This document shows positions 21,230-30,959 of a stretch of 64,000 nt of DNA, in pieces. A program made the position numbers and the translations under genes. The notes beneath the pieces are model-generated. The model saw only the letters and a list, made by a program, of their open reading frames with translations. It was not told the origin of the DNA and did no database searches. The stretch's first letter is position 1. Every line of letters starts with the position of its first letter. The stretch comes from Desulfurococcales archaeon (GTDB lineage Archaea; Thermoproteota; Thermoprotei_A; Sulfolobales; NBVN01): positions 155-64,154 of the forward strand of contig JAGDWE010000055.1 in NCBI GenBank assembly GCA_023255965.1, given 5' to 3'.

Positions 21230-21487
21230 GGCCCTGGCGGCTACGGGAGCCCTCCCCCCGAGCACCTAGGGCGCATCGAGGCTACGTACGAAGACGCGGC
21301 TTATAAACCTTTCCCCTCACGGGCCTAGGATGAGCCAAGCTCATGGCACTAAAAAGGGGGTCGCCAAGCGAAAGAAGTAAGTCCAGTAATCATGAACTTG
21401 GTTGCGGCCCATCAAAGTATCTAGTCTTGATAGGGTTTAGAGTGTTTCGGTAATCTTAAATCCCTGAAAACTACTTTAATACTGAGT

Positions 21488-22732
21488 GTGATGAGGTTAA
21501 ACAACTTACCTACTAGGCTATGTGTTAGATGTAGGGGCAGGAACTTATGTGGATTGGCCTATTGTCCCGTACTTGTTATGGATGCTGTAGCTAACTTAGG
21601 TAAGGTCGTCAAAGGCAATAACGTTTCAGGTTCAACACCTCCATCAGTTTTTATTGGAAGGTACGGCTACCCGTACGTGCGTGCAGGCCCTGCCTTACCA
21701 CCAGTATTGGGAGATACGTCAATATACGATTTACCTGAGGCTTGGATTAACATGACATTAAATGAGGTTCTCACATACAGGTATTCGTTGGTTAGGGGAA
21801 TTATTACTACACCGGTAGATAACTTAAATAATAGATTTATTGGTATGATGCAGGAGTTAATGCTGAGTTTAAGGCCTGTGGATGTTGAGGTACGCCTTGA
21901 AAAACCACCAAAGCCTAGGTTATACTTTGACGAGTACTTACCTCCTCAAGGGCCTTCAGCACCTATGAGGGAGTTTAGACTTAGTTCTAACCCGATTAGT
22001 GATCGGAGGATTGAGAGGGTATTCTATGACACCGATTTAAAGGCCATTGAAGGCGTCATCAGGCTTTATAGGGAGGGCATTCCAGTATCAGCAATCCATA
22101 AACTACTAAGCGTAGGCGGCTTAGGCATCAGTAAGTTCAGGAAGTTAGTCCCTACCAGGTGGTCTATAACCGCTATTGATTCAGCTATTTCTCAGCACCT
22201 AATAAGTCAGGTGAGGAAATTGCCGTTAATTAATAAATACTTACTGTATATTAGGGAATTTATGGACAACCTATTTATCGGTATATTAGCTCCTAGACCA
22301 TGGAGCTATGAGTGGATGGAGGCATGGTTCCCTGGTAGCACATGGAATAAGTTTGGATTGAATGTTGAAATTGAAGGTGATTACGAGGGGTTTAAGGGTA
22401 GGACGGAATATCCGGAAATAGGTGGGTGTTACTTCGCAGCTAGGCTGGCTAGTGCTGAGGCATTATTGAATATAATTCGTAGGCAGGCTACAGTAATCTT
22501 ATGGAGAGAGATATATGAGGGGTTCGACCTACCTATCGGTGTGTGGTTCGTGAGGGAGAACCTAAGGGCTATGTTTAAATGTAGGCCATTAACGTTCAAT
22601 ACCGTAGAGGAGTTAATTAAGTACCTAAGAGATTCGAGGATCACTAGAGTAACTATAGATACATGGATAAGGAGATCGTTCCTAATGCGCTTACTGATTA
22701 CTCAGGAATCGCTAGACAGGTACATGCGGTGA
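21488..22732 (+). CDS. Putative Nre-family archaeal DNA repair protein
   Basis: 414 aa with an N-terminal Cys cluster CVRCRGRNLCGLAYCP. Length and layout are as I recall for archaeal NreA; not verifiable here. Confidence 0.5.
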   Translation: MMRLNNLPTRLCVRCRGRNLCGLAYCPVLVMDAVANLGKVVKGNNVSGSTPPSVFIGRYGYPYVRAGPALPPVLGDTSIYDLPEAWINMTLNEVLTYRYSLVRGIITTPVDNLNNRFIGMMQELMLSLRPVDVEVRLEKPPKPRLYFDEYLPPQGPSAPMREFRLSSNPISDRRIERVFYDTDLKAIEGVIRLYREGIPVSAIHKLLSVGGLGISKFRKLVPTRWSITAIDSAISQHLISQVRKLPLINKYLLYIREFMDNLFIGILAPRPWSYEWMEAWFPGSTWNKFGLNVEIEGDYEGFKGRTEYPEIGGCYFAARLASAEALLNIIRRQATVILWREIYEGFDLPIGVWFVRENLRAMFKCRPLTFNTVEELIKYLRDSRITRVTIDTWIRRSFLMRLLITQESLDRYMR

Positions 22733-23562
22733 ATAGCATAGGTAGCATCATGTATAACTATATCAGGGTTAAGTCGGTGCTATCTAAATCTAAATTACCT
22801 GACCTCGACTACGCCTTAAACCCATACATAGGGTGCGAACACGGCTGCATATACTGCTATGGTCCAGACATGTGTAGGAGGTACTTGGAGGTTGCTTTAA
22901 ATTGGGGCTCCACGGTATTGATAAAGAGTAATTTAATTAGTGTACTTAGAAAGGACTTGAAGCATGCTAAAAGAGGTACTGTGGGGATATCTACAGCCAC
23001 CGATCCATATCAACCCGTTGAAGGGAGGCTAGGTATAACGAGGGAGGCAATCAATATCCTATTAAACCACGGTTTTAAGGTCTCAATTCAGAGTAAGTCA
23101 AATACCGTGACAAGGGACTTAGACTTAATGAGTGAGGGGAATATAGATGTAGGGCTAACTATAACAACACTGAATGATGCTTTGGCTAGCATTATAGAAC
23201 CTAAGGCCCCTAGACCGTACTTAAGGGCCAAGGCAGCCTATGAGATCTCCGCAAACGGCATTGAATTATGGATATTCCTAGGCCCCATAATACCGTTAGT
23301 TAATGATGATGAAAATAACATTAATGAGGTAGTCGAGCTCGCTGCCTCAGTAAATGCCTACGTTATCTACGATAAATTAAATGTGAAGCCCTTAATGCTT
23401 TACAACCTCAGGAGGAAGTGGACGCTTAAGGCTGACCTAGACGAGGTAATTAGATTAAGTAGCGACAGAAACTACGTTAGAAACTTAAGCATCACCATCA
23501 GTAACATATGTAGGAAGCATAGGGTCAAATGCGTACCAGCTTTTAGATCATTAGTCACTTAA
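22663..23562 (+). CDS. Radical SAM protein (SplB / DNA-photolyase-like COG1533 type)
   Basis: CEHGCIYC (CxxxCxxC) cluster motif. The real start is probably GTG at 22729 (GTGA overlap with the upstream stop) or ATG at 22750. Confidence 0.8.
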   Translation: MDKEIVPNALTDYSGIARQVHAVNSIGSIMYNYIRVKSVLSKSKLPDLDYALNPYIGCEHGCIYCYGPDMCRRYLEVALNWGSTVLIKSNLISVLRKDLKHAKRGTVGISTATDPYQPVEGRLGITREAINILLNHGFKVSIQSKSNTVTRDLDLMSEGNIDVGLTITTLNDALASIIEPKAPRPYLRAKAAYEISANGIELWIFLGPIIPLVNDDENNINEVVELAASVNAYVIYDKLNVKPLMLYNLRRKWTLKADLDEVIRLSSDRNYVRNLSITISNICRKHRVKCVPAFRSLVT

Positions 23563-23736
23563 AGACGTCGACGACCTCGTAATCGCCTAGGAAGTTGAGC
23601 AGATCTTGACTATGAAGTCTGTCGGCATCCCAGTAAGGGCGGATGCCTTAGCTACGGATTCTACAGTATCATCAAAGCGCAGGACGTCGGCATCTAATTT
23701 AAATTTCCTTAAATTATTCATAACCTCATCGCTCAT
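23555..23736 (-). pseudogene. Remnant of a YbaK/ProX-type aminoacyl-tRNA editing domain gene (N-terminal third, frameshifted)
   Basis: ATG at 23736 gives MSDEVMNNLRKFKLDADVLRFDDTVESVAKASALTGMPTDFIVK, then a stop. A shifted frame continues DLLNFLGDYEVVDVFK and ends inside the 3' end of the convergent radical SAM gene. Confidence 0.35.
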
Positions 23737-23810
23737 ATGACATCCACCAAGGAATTTTAGGTGTTAAAAATAAACTATTAGGGACTCGTATAAAGTGTAG
23801 CAACCCATAG

Positions 23811-26513
23811 CTAGTAAGTCGATATCTTAATCCTAAGCAACTTCCTAACCTCATCAACTACCAGCATGGTTAAAGGCGCTATAATTATAAGTAAGTACAC
23901 ATCAAGAGGTAGAGGAACGGCTGAGAACGCTACATTAATCGGCGTGTAAAGCACTATCAACTGCAGGATCAGCGAAACAATTAAGGCCGGCGGTAACCAC
24001 TTATTTCCAGGTAGCTTCCATACATTAACATTCTCACTCCTTGAAACTATGGATCGCCCGAACTCTGAAAGGACCAGCGTTGTAAAGGCTACGGTCTGGG
24101 CATATCTAATTCCGTAGGGCAGTGATTGAATGAAGAGCAAAATAGTTATAGCGCCAAGTATAGCGCCCATAACTATGTAGTAGACCATCTTTCTGTTGGT
24201 TATAAATCTCTCCTTGGGCGATCTGGGAGGCCTTTCAAGTATGCCGGGCTCAGGCGGCTCGAAGCCTAATGCTATTGCCGGCAACGCATCAGTAGTCACA
24301 TTAATCCACAGCAGATGTATGGGTCTTAATATCGGCGGCAAACCGATTATCTCAGCACCAAATACTGATGCTACTTCACCTAAGTTACATGTCAGTAAGT
24401 AGTTAATCGGTTTCTTCAAGTTCTCGAATATTACTCTACCCTCCTTAATTGCCTCAACAATAGTTACAAAATTATCATCAAGCAGCACCAATTGAGATGC
24501 TTCCTTAGCAACCTCAGTTCCCTTAATACCCATAGCAACACCTATATCAGCCATCTTAAGTGCTGGCGCATCATTAACGCCATCCCCGGTCATAGCAACC
24601 CTGAAGCCCTTGCTCTTCAACGCCTTAACTATCCTGGCCTTATGCTCCGGGGTGACTCTAGCATACACATTAATCTTATCTACTATCTTAATGAACTCTT
24701 CATCACTCATAGCCTCTAACTCTTTTCCTTCCAGTACTGTATCATCCCTAACCTCAAGACCGATCATCCTAGCTACAGCCATGGCTGTTAGCTTATGATC
24801 CCCTGTTACCATCACTACTTTAACGCCAGCCCTTTTAGCTACCTCAACAGCCTCCTTAACGCCCTCCCTAGGCGGGTCAATAATACCCAACACAGCGAAG
24901 AACGTTAAATTCCTTTCAGCTTCCTCCATATCCTCAACTAATTGATCCATAACCCTATAGGCTATACCGAAGGTCCTGAATCCATTAGATGCCAGGTCAG
25001 TAATGTATTCGGTGATCACCTTCTTAACCGATGCCGTCAACTCCTCATCAAGCCCATTAACTCTAACATTAGATGATATATCAAGTAATATCTCAGGTGC
25101 TCCCGATGAAACTAACAAGTACTTCCCACCATACTCATGTATAGTTGACTTCCTCTTCCTAAATCTATCGAAGGGGAAGACCTTAGCTACCTTTAATTTC
25201 TCAGCAGCTGCCTTAACTCCTCCCTCACCTAACCCCTTATAACTTAACACTAACGCAGCTCCCTCAGTTGGAGACCCTCGAATCCTCCACTGACCCTCCT
25301 CGTAAACTAACTTAACGTCTGGTAAGGTATGCGCTGCAATTATTTCGAGGAGGAACTTGATATCCTCTTCATTATTAACGCCATCCACCAATTTAATCTC
25401 GCCCTTAGGCTCGAAGCCGCTACCGGTGACCTCATAAGATGCCTTAAGCATTCTAATTACCTTTACCGTCATCTCGGCCTTAGTTATGGTCCCAGTCTTA
25501 TCGCTACATATCACATTAACAGCCCCTAAGCCCTCAACGGCAGCTAACTTCCTAACCAACGCGTTCTTAGCAGCCATCCTTCTGGCCCCTACCGCTAGTA
25601 TAGCAGTAGCTATTGCTGGCAGGCCTTCCGGAACCGCGGCAACACCTAATGCTACCGCTAACATTAAGGCATCTAATACGTCTGTATGCTCCAGGAATAA
25701 TGTCAATGCAAATACCACAGCACATATACCTAGTATTATCGTACCTATCCTCTTACCAAACTCATCTAATTCCACCTCAAGCGGCGTTTTCTCCTCCTCA
25801 GCCTCAACCACCATCTTAGTGATCTTGCCAAACTCCGTGTTCATTCCAGTAGCTACTACAACCGCCTTACCCTTACCTCTAACAACATATGTGCCCATAA
25901 ATACCATGTTCTTTCTATCGCCTACAATGGTATCTGGTGGAAGGGTGATATTAGCTAGCTTAGCTACTGGCGTTGACTCTCCGGTTAATGATGCCTCATC
26001 CGTCTCTAACTCAACAGATTCGATAACCCTAGCGTCCGCCGCTATCCTATCCCCCTCGGATAACAGAAGTATATCACCAGGAACTACCTCAGCTGCAGGG
26101 ATCACCTTCTCCTCACCATCCCTTAAAACCTTACATGTAGGTGCTGCAAGCTTCTTAAGGGCTTCTAAAGTCCTCTCAGCCCTGTATTCCTGGACGAAGC
26201 CCATTATAGCCATAATTAAGACTATGATAAGTATAGCTGTTGCATCTATAACTTCACCTAAGATGAATGAGATAGCAGTAGCTATTAGCAGAATGCCGAT
26301 TAAGAAGTTGGCAAACTGCTTTACAAACATCTCTAGCGGGCTCTTCTTCTTAGCTATTAACTCATTACGTCCATATTGCTTTAATCGCTCTTCAGCCTCC
26401 TTAGACGAAAGTCCAGCTACCCTACTATTTAGTTTCTGTAGGACCTCCTCAACAGTTAAAGAGTGCCATGGAATGCTCAGAGGCCATCCCCAAGAACTAT
26501 GCAAGCTCAGCAT
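23811..26513 (-). CDS. P-type cation-transporting ATPase (type II, Ca2+/cation pump-like)
   Basis: Phosphorylation motif CSDKTGTIT, plus TGES, MVTGD and GDGVNDAPALK, with 8-10 TM helices; 900 aa. Confidence 0.93.
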   Translation of the reverse strand: MLSLHSSWGWPLSIPWHSLTVEEVLQKLNSRVAGLSSKEAEERLKQYGRNELIAKKKSPLEMFVKQFANFLIGILLIATAISFILGEVIDATAILIIVLIMAIMGFVQEYRAERTLEALKKLAAPTCKVLRDGEEKVIPAAEVVPGDILLLSEGDRIAADARVIESVELETDEASLTGESTPVAKLANITLPPDTIVGDRKNMVFMGTYVVRGKGKAVVVATGMNTEFGKITKMVVEAEEEKTPLEVELDEFGKRIGTIILGICAVVFALTLFLEHTDVLDALMLAVALGVAAVPEGLPAIATAILAVGARRMAAKNALVRKLAAVEGLGAVNVICSDKTGTITKAEMTVKVIRMLKASYEVTGSGFEPKGEIKLVDGVNNEEDIKFLLEIIAAHTLPDVKLVYEEGQWRIRGSPTEGAALVLSYKGLGEGGVKAAAEKLKVAKVFPFDRFRKRKSTIHEYGGKYLLVSSGAPEILLDISSNVRVNGLDEELTASVKKVITEYITDLASNGFRTFGIAYRVMDQLVEDMEEAERNLTFFAVLGIIDPPREGVKEAVEVAKRAGVKVVMVTGDHKLTAMAVARMIGLEVRDDTVLEGKELEAMSDEEFIKIVDKINVYARVTPEHKARIVKALKSKGFRVAMTGDGVNDAPALKMADIGVAMGIKGTEVAKEASQLVLLDDNFVTIVEAIKEGRVIFENLKKPINYLLTCNLGEVASVFGAEIIGLPPILRPIHLLWINVTTDALPAIALGFEPPEPGILERPPRSPKERFITNRKMVYYIVMGAILGAITILLFIQSLPYGIRYAQTVAFTTLVLSEFGRSIVSRSENVNVWKLPGNKWLPPALIVSLILQLIVLYTPINVAFSAVPLPLDVYLLIIIAPLTMLVVDEVRKLLRIKISTY

Positions 26514-26602
26514 TATAAACTATTCGATAATTAACTCACTTAAATTAATGTTGGAATCGTTAGAAAACGCTTTATAGGGAATTAAATTCCTTAAGAGCGC
26601 GC

Positions 26603-29600
26603 TCACCAGTACTCTGAAAGATCTCTTAAGTCCATTAGCCCCTTATTTAAGTACCAGTAAATGCTTCTTGAGACCTCATACGCCAGATTAGCATCAAGTA
26701 TTAGCGGTACATTTAAATCCACTGTAGAACGTCTTAACTCATAATCTAATTCTGGGTAATAACCGGAGGTCATCACCAACCCTATGTCGCCTCTCCTTAA
26801 GTAATCCATTGCCTCACCATATTTAATTGAATCAACGCCATTTACGGGCATTTCATTAACTGTTATTACCTCATACCCTGCCCTACGTAGAAAGCCTGAA
26901 GCCTCTCCGAGCAGGGCTTTATCTTTCTCCACTGCTGTGTACACTAGCACTAACTCGTTATTGCCTGGAACTCTATTTGGAGTTGCAGATAACCAGCTCT
27001 TGATTAACGCATCCTCGAATTCGAAGCCTAGACTAGCTACCTCACCAGTGCTCCTCATTTCAGGTCCTAGGAATGGATATGCGCCCCTTACTTGAGCCCA
27101 TGAGAATTGCGCTGTCTTCACCGCCCAAGCCTTAGCAGGCAACTCGAAGTAGCTATCACGCATACCTATACTCAATTCACCGTCGATAACCGCCTGAGCT
27201 GAAAGCTCCATGAAGTTAACTCCTCTCGATTTACTTGAAAACGGCATCGACCTGCTAGCCCTTAAGTTAAGCTCTAGAATGTATGGCTCTAGATCCTTAA
27301 CTACAAACTGAACGTTAAACGGCCCCCTAATATTTAATTCTAGAGCCAATTTAAGAACTGCTTCATGAATGTCCCTAAGAATCGCTTCATTTAACCTTCT
27401 AATCGGGGTCACCATCGTGGCATCTCCACTATGTACGCCTGCAGGCTCTATATGTTCTATGGTAACACCAACAACCCTACTGCCATCAGACACCGCATCA
27501 ACCTCTACTTCAAGGGAATTATCTAAGAATTTAGATATTACTACCGGATACTCCTTAGATATCTTAGTAGCTCTCCTTAAGTACTCCATTAACTCATCAA
27601 GGCTGTAGGCTATCTTCATCGCTGTACCGCTTAACACATAGCTCGGCCTTACAATTACTGGAAACCCCATGTCGTCTATGGCTTTTAGCACTTCATCTAT
27701 ATCCGTTGCCTCAACCCACTTAGGCTGCTTAAGGCCTAGATATTCAACAAGCTTAGAGAATTTGACTCTGTCCTCCGCCCTATCAACGCTCTTACCTCCG
27801 GTGCCAAGCAACCTTATGCCAGCGTCCTCAAGCTTCTTCGCTAAATTATTAGCTATCTGACCTCCTACAAACGCTACAACACCTACAGGTTTCTCTAAAT
27901 CCACTATATCCCTTACCCTTTCTAACGTTATTTCATCGAAGTATAGCTTCTCATTAACATCCCAATCCGTTGACACGGTCTCCGGATTGTAATTAAGTAC
28001 TATGACTTCGTACCCCCTCCTACGTATGGCGTTGGCCAGATTTACAGTGGCCCAATCGAATTCGACTGAAACACCTATCCTGAAGACCCCTGCACCAAGG
28101 ATGAGCACCTTCTCCTTTCCTTTAACGTTGAAATCTACATCGTCCTCAAATGCTGCATAGGTAGTATAGAGGTAGTTAGTTCTAGCAGGCCACTCAGCTG
28201 CCAAAGTATCTATCTGCTTAACATATGCCCTAATATTATTATCGGCCCTTAACTTCCTTACGTATTCAACATCGATATTTAATAGCTTAGCAAGCTGTTG
28301 ATCGCTAAATCCATATTCCTTAGCCATAGCTATCAAGTTAACAAGCTTCGATGCATAATTCAAAGAGCTTTTACCGACCCTACGTATTTCCTCAGTTAGT
28401 TCAACGATATCCTTAATTACGTTTATGAAGTACCTATCAATACCTGTAATTAGGCTTAGTTCATCAACTGATGCACCCAACCTCAAGGACTTAGCAACAT
28501 GTAATATCCAGTAAGGCTCCCTTCTTTTAAGCCTCTCAATAACATTTTCTAATGGTTCATCCTCCTCATAGTACTGACCGCAAGTAACCCCGGGTTCATC
28601 TATGTCGAGCATCCTAATAGCTTTCTGAAACGCCTCATGTAAATTCCTGCCGATCGCCATAACCTCACCTATGCTCTTCATCTCAGTCCCAATGCCCCTC
28701 TCCGAACCAACGAACTTATCTAGGTCCCATCTAGGTACCTTAACTACTACGTAGTCAAGGCTTGGTTCGAAACAAGCACAGGTGACTCCAGTAACTTTAT
28801 TTAAGATCTCATCCAATGTATACCCTAAAGCTAACTTAGCTGCTATGTAGGCTAATGGGTAGCCAGTAGCCTTACTAGCTAAGGCACTACTCCTAGACAT
28901 CCTCGGATTGGTCTCAATTATGTAAAACTCCTCTGAGAACGGATTTAATGCTAGCTGGACATTGCATTCACCTATAAGGCCTATAGCCTCAGCGACCTTA
29001 ATGCTTGCATCCCTAAGTAGTTGGTATTCCCTATTATTTAATGTCTGACAAGGAGCTACAACAACAGACTCTCCTGTATGGACCCCCATAGGGTCAGCGT
29101 TCTCTAGACATGCCACAGCTACCGAGTTACCCCTCCTATCCCTCATGACTTCATACTCTATTTCCTTCCAATTATGTAGATACTTCTCAATCAGCACTAA
29201 CCTAATTTCGCTATGTGCTAACGCTCTTAGCATGTTGTTCCTTAAATCATCATCGCTCCAAGCAACGAAAGAACCCCTACCACCTAAATTAAAGCTAACC
29301 CTACCGATAACTGGATACCCTATCTTATTAGCTATCTCCAACGCCTCATACAAACCCTTGGCAGCACCGCTGGGCGGTATCGGCAGGGACCAAGCCCTCA
29401 TGGTCTCCTTGAATAACTCCCTATTTAACGCCTTTTCAATCCCATCAACAGGAGTACCTAGCACCTTAACGCCATACTTATGTAGAATGCCCTTCTTCCA
29501 AAGGCTAACACCTATGGATAGGGCAGACTGACCTCCGAACCCTAGGAGTACGCCGTCAGGCCTTTCACGCTCGATGACCTTTTCAACGAATTCAGGCCTT

Positions 29601-29797
29601 ATTGGCACCAGGTATACTCTATCAGCTAGTTCATATGTTGTCTGGATCGTAGCTATGTTGGGATTTAGTAAAACTACTTTGATTCCCTCCTCCTTTAGTG
29701 CCTTAATAGCTTGACTGCCACTATAGTCGAACTCCGCTGCCTCAGCTATCTTGATGGCCCCTGAACCTATTATTAATACCTTAGTTGGCAACTCCAT
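26603..29797 (-). CDS. carB: Carbamoyl-phosphate synthase large subunit
   Basis: Duplicated ATP-grasp halves and an MGS-like C-terminus. The ORF extends to 29845, but MELPTKVLIIGSG at 29797 matches the conserved N-terminus. Confidence 0.95.
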   Translation of the reverse strand: MELPTKVLIIGSGAIKIAEAAEFDYSGSQAIKALKEEGIKVVLLNPNIATIQTTYELADRVYLVPIRPEFVEKVIERERPDGVLLGFGGQSALSIGVSLWKKGILHKYGVKVLGTPVDGIEKALNRELFKETMRAWSLPIPPSGAAKGLYEALEIANKIGYPVIGRVSFNLGGRGSFVAWSDDDLRNNMLRALAHSEIRLVLIEKYLHNWKEIEYEVMRDRRGNSVAVACLENADPMGVHTGESVVVAPCQTLNNREYQLLRDASIKVAEAIGLIGECNVQLALNPFSEEFYIIETNPRMSRSSALASKATGYPLAYIAAKLALGYTLDEILNKVTGVTCACFEPSLDYVVVKVPRWDLDKFVGSERGIGTEMKSIGEVMAIGRNLHEAFQKAIRMLDIDEPGVTCGQYYEEDEPLENVIERLKRREPYWILHVAKSLRLGASVDELSLITGIDRYFINVIKDIVELTEEIRRVGKSSLNYASKLVNLIAMAKEYGFSDQQLAKLLNIDVEYVRKLRADNNIRAYVKQIDTLAAEWPARTNYLYTTYAAFEDDVDFNVKGKEKVLILGAGVFRIGVSVEFDWATVNLANAIRRRGYEVIVLNYNPETVSTDWDVNEKLYFDEITLERVRDIVDLEKPVGVVAFVGGQIANNLAKKLEDAGIRLLGTGGKSVDRAEDRVKFSKLVEYLGLKQPKWVEATDIDEVLKAIDDMGFPVIVRPSYVLSGTAMKIAYSLDELMEYLRRATKISKEYPVVISKFLDNSLEVEVDAVSDGSRVVGVTIEHIEPAGVHSGDATMVTPIRRLNEAILRDIHEAVLKLALELNIRGPFNVQFVVKDLEPYILELNLRASRSMPFSSKSRGVNFMELSAQAVIDGELSIGMRDSYFELPAKAWAVKTAQFSWAQVRGAYPFLGPEMRSTGEVASLGFEFEDALIKSWLSATPNRVPGNNELVLVYTAVEKDKALLGEASGFLRRAGYEVITVNEMPVNGVDSIKYGEAMDYLRRGDIGLVMTSGYYPELDYELRRSTVDLNVPLILDANLAYEVSRSIYWYLNKGLMDLRDLSEYW

Positions 29798-30959
29798 ACT
29801 TCTCAACCAACCTTCTAAATAGATTAAATATCCACTCACTATCATGAGGACCTGGAGATGCCTCGGGATGGAATTGGACCGTAATTACGGGCTTACTATT
29901 ATGTTTTAAGCCTTCAACTGTCTTATCATCTATGTTTATGAACCATAATTTAAAGCCAGTATCAGCGATACTTGAATTATCGACAGCATATCCGTGATTT
30001 TGACTAGTTACGAAGCATTTGCCTCTCTCCAAATCCATACAGGGCTTGTTCTGCCCCCTATGACCGTACTTAAGCTTATATATCTCAGCCCCTGAAGCAA
30101 TAGCTAATATTTGATGTCCTAAACATATGCCCAGCGTCGGTATTCCGTATTCAAGAACGCCCCTTGCATATTCTATGGTGTCCTTAAGTAGTAGCGGATT
30201 CCCTGGACCATTACTGTAGACAATGCCCGACGCCCCGAATTCATCAACATACTTTAGTGGGTCCTCTATACATGGAATTCTGATTACCCTAAACCCCCTC
30301 TTAAGTAATGCCCTAATTATACCGTACTTAACCCCGCAATCTACTAACACTACCGTTGAGGCCTTACTAACGACATCCGGGGGTTCGTGAAATATGGTAT
30401 TCTTAGGCATTACCTCGGCAACCAAGTTAATGTAATCATATCTTAAGCTACTTCTTAGCTTATCCATCAGCTCGTCTATATCCACGTCACCCTCATACGT
30501 GTATACTAATGCATTCATCACTCCTTTCTCACGCAACATCTTAACGATCATCCTAGTATCGACCATTGTAATCCCGGGTATCCCCTCATTCATTAACCAT
30601 CCCTCTAAATCAATGATACTTGTCCAATGGCTTGGTGAAGTTGTGTATGCTGTTACAACGGCTCTAACCTGAGGTTTATCGGATTCGAAGTATTTAGGAA
30701 CTCCATATTCGATTATATCCTTACTTGGCACCCCATAATTACCGATCAAGGGGTGGGTGAAGACTAGTATCTGACCCCTGAATGATGGGTCTGTGATGGC
30801 TTCGGGATAGCCGACCATACCTGTAGTGAAGACTAACTCCCCAATACTCAGCCCTAGAGACCCCAAGCCGCATCCCTCAAATACCGTTCCATCCTCAAGT
30901 ATTAATACGGCGCTGGGTCCCTTGCATTTAAACCGCCGTTTATATACCTTATAGCTCAT
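29781..30959 (-). CDS. carA: Carbamoyl-phosphate synthase small (glutaminase) subunit
   Basis: Class I amidotransferase GICLGHQ and a catalytic His near the C-terminus (QFHPE). Overlaps the carB start. Confidence 0.95.
   Translation of the reverse strand: MSYKVYKRRFKCKGPSAVLILEDGTVFEGCGLGSLGLSIGELVFTTGMVGYPEAITDPSFRGQILVFTHPLIGNYGVPSKDIIEYGVPKYFESDKPQVRAVVTAYTTSPSHWTSIIDLEGWLMNEGIPGITMVDTRMIVKMLREKGVMNALVYTYEGDVDIDELMDKLRSSLRYDYINLVAEVMPKNTIFHEPPDVVSKASTVVLVDCGVKYGIIRALLKRGFRVIRIPCIEDPLKYVDEFGASGIVYSNGPGNPLLLKDTIEYARGVLEYGIPTLGICLGHQILAIASGAEIYKLKYGHRGQNKPCMDLERGKCFVTSQNHGYAVDNSSIADTGFKLWFINIDDKTVEGLKHNSKPVITVQFHPEASPGPHDSEWIFNLFRRLVEKYGVAN

Noticed and set aside
21105-21400. The GC-rich islands (also 42128-42350 and 51039-51240) were considered as SRP RNA or RNase P RNA.
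   Set aside because: I could not find the conserved SRP helix-8 motif (GGAA tetraloop with flanking AGCA/GGAGCA). I also could not find the RNase P CR-I/CR-V (GAGGAAAGUCC / ACAGAA) elements by eye. Only an Infernal scan could settle this.
25486-26577. A 363-aa + strand ORF, together with many similar 60-175-aa ORFs in the track (for example 41655-42182, 53130-53669, 10434-10868, 62353-62730, 20532-20885).
   Set aside because: They lie antisense to CDSs with strong family motifs. Their S/T/L/I/P-rich low-complexity composition is typical of shadow frames, and they have no recognisable motifs.
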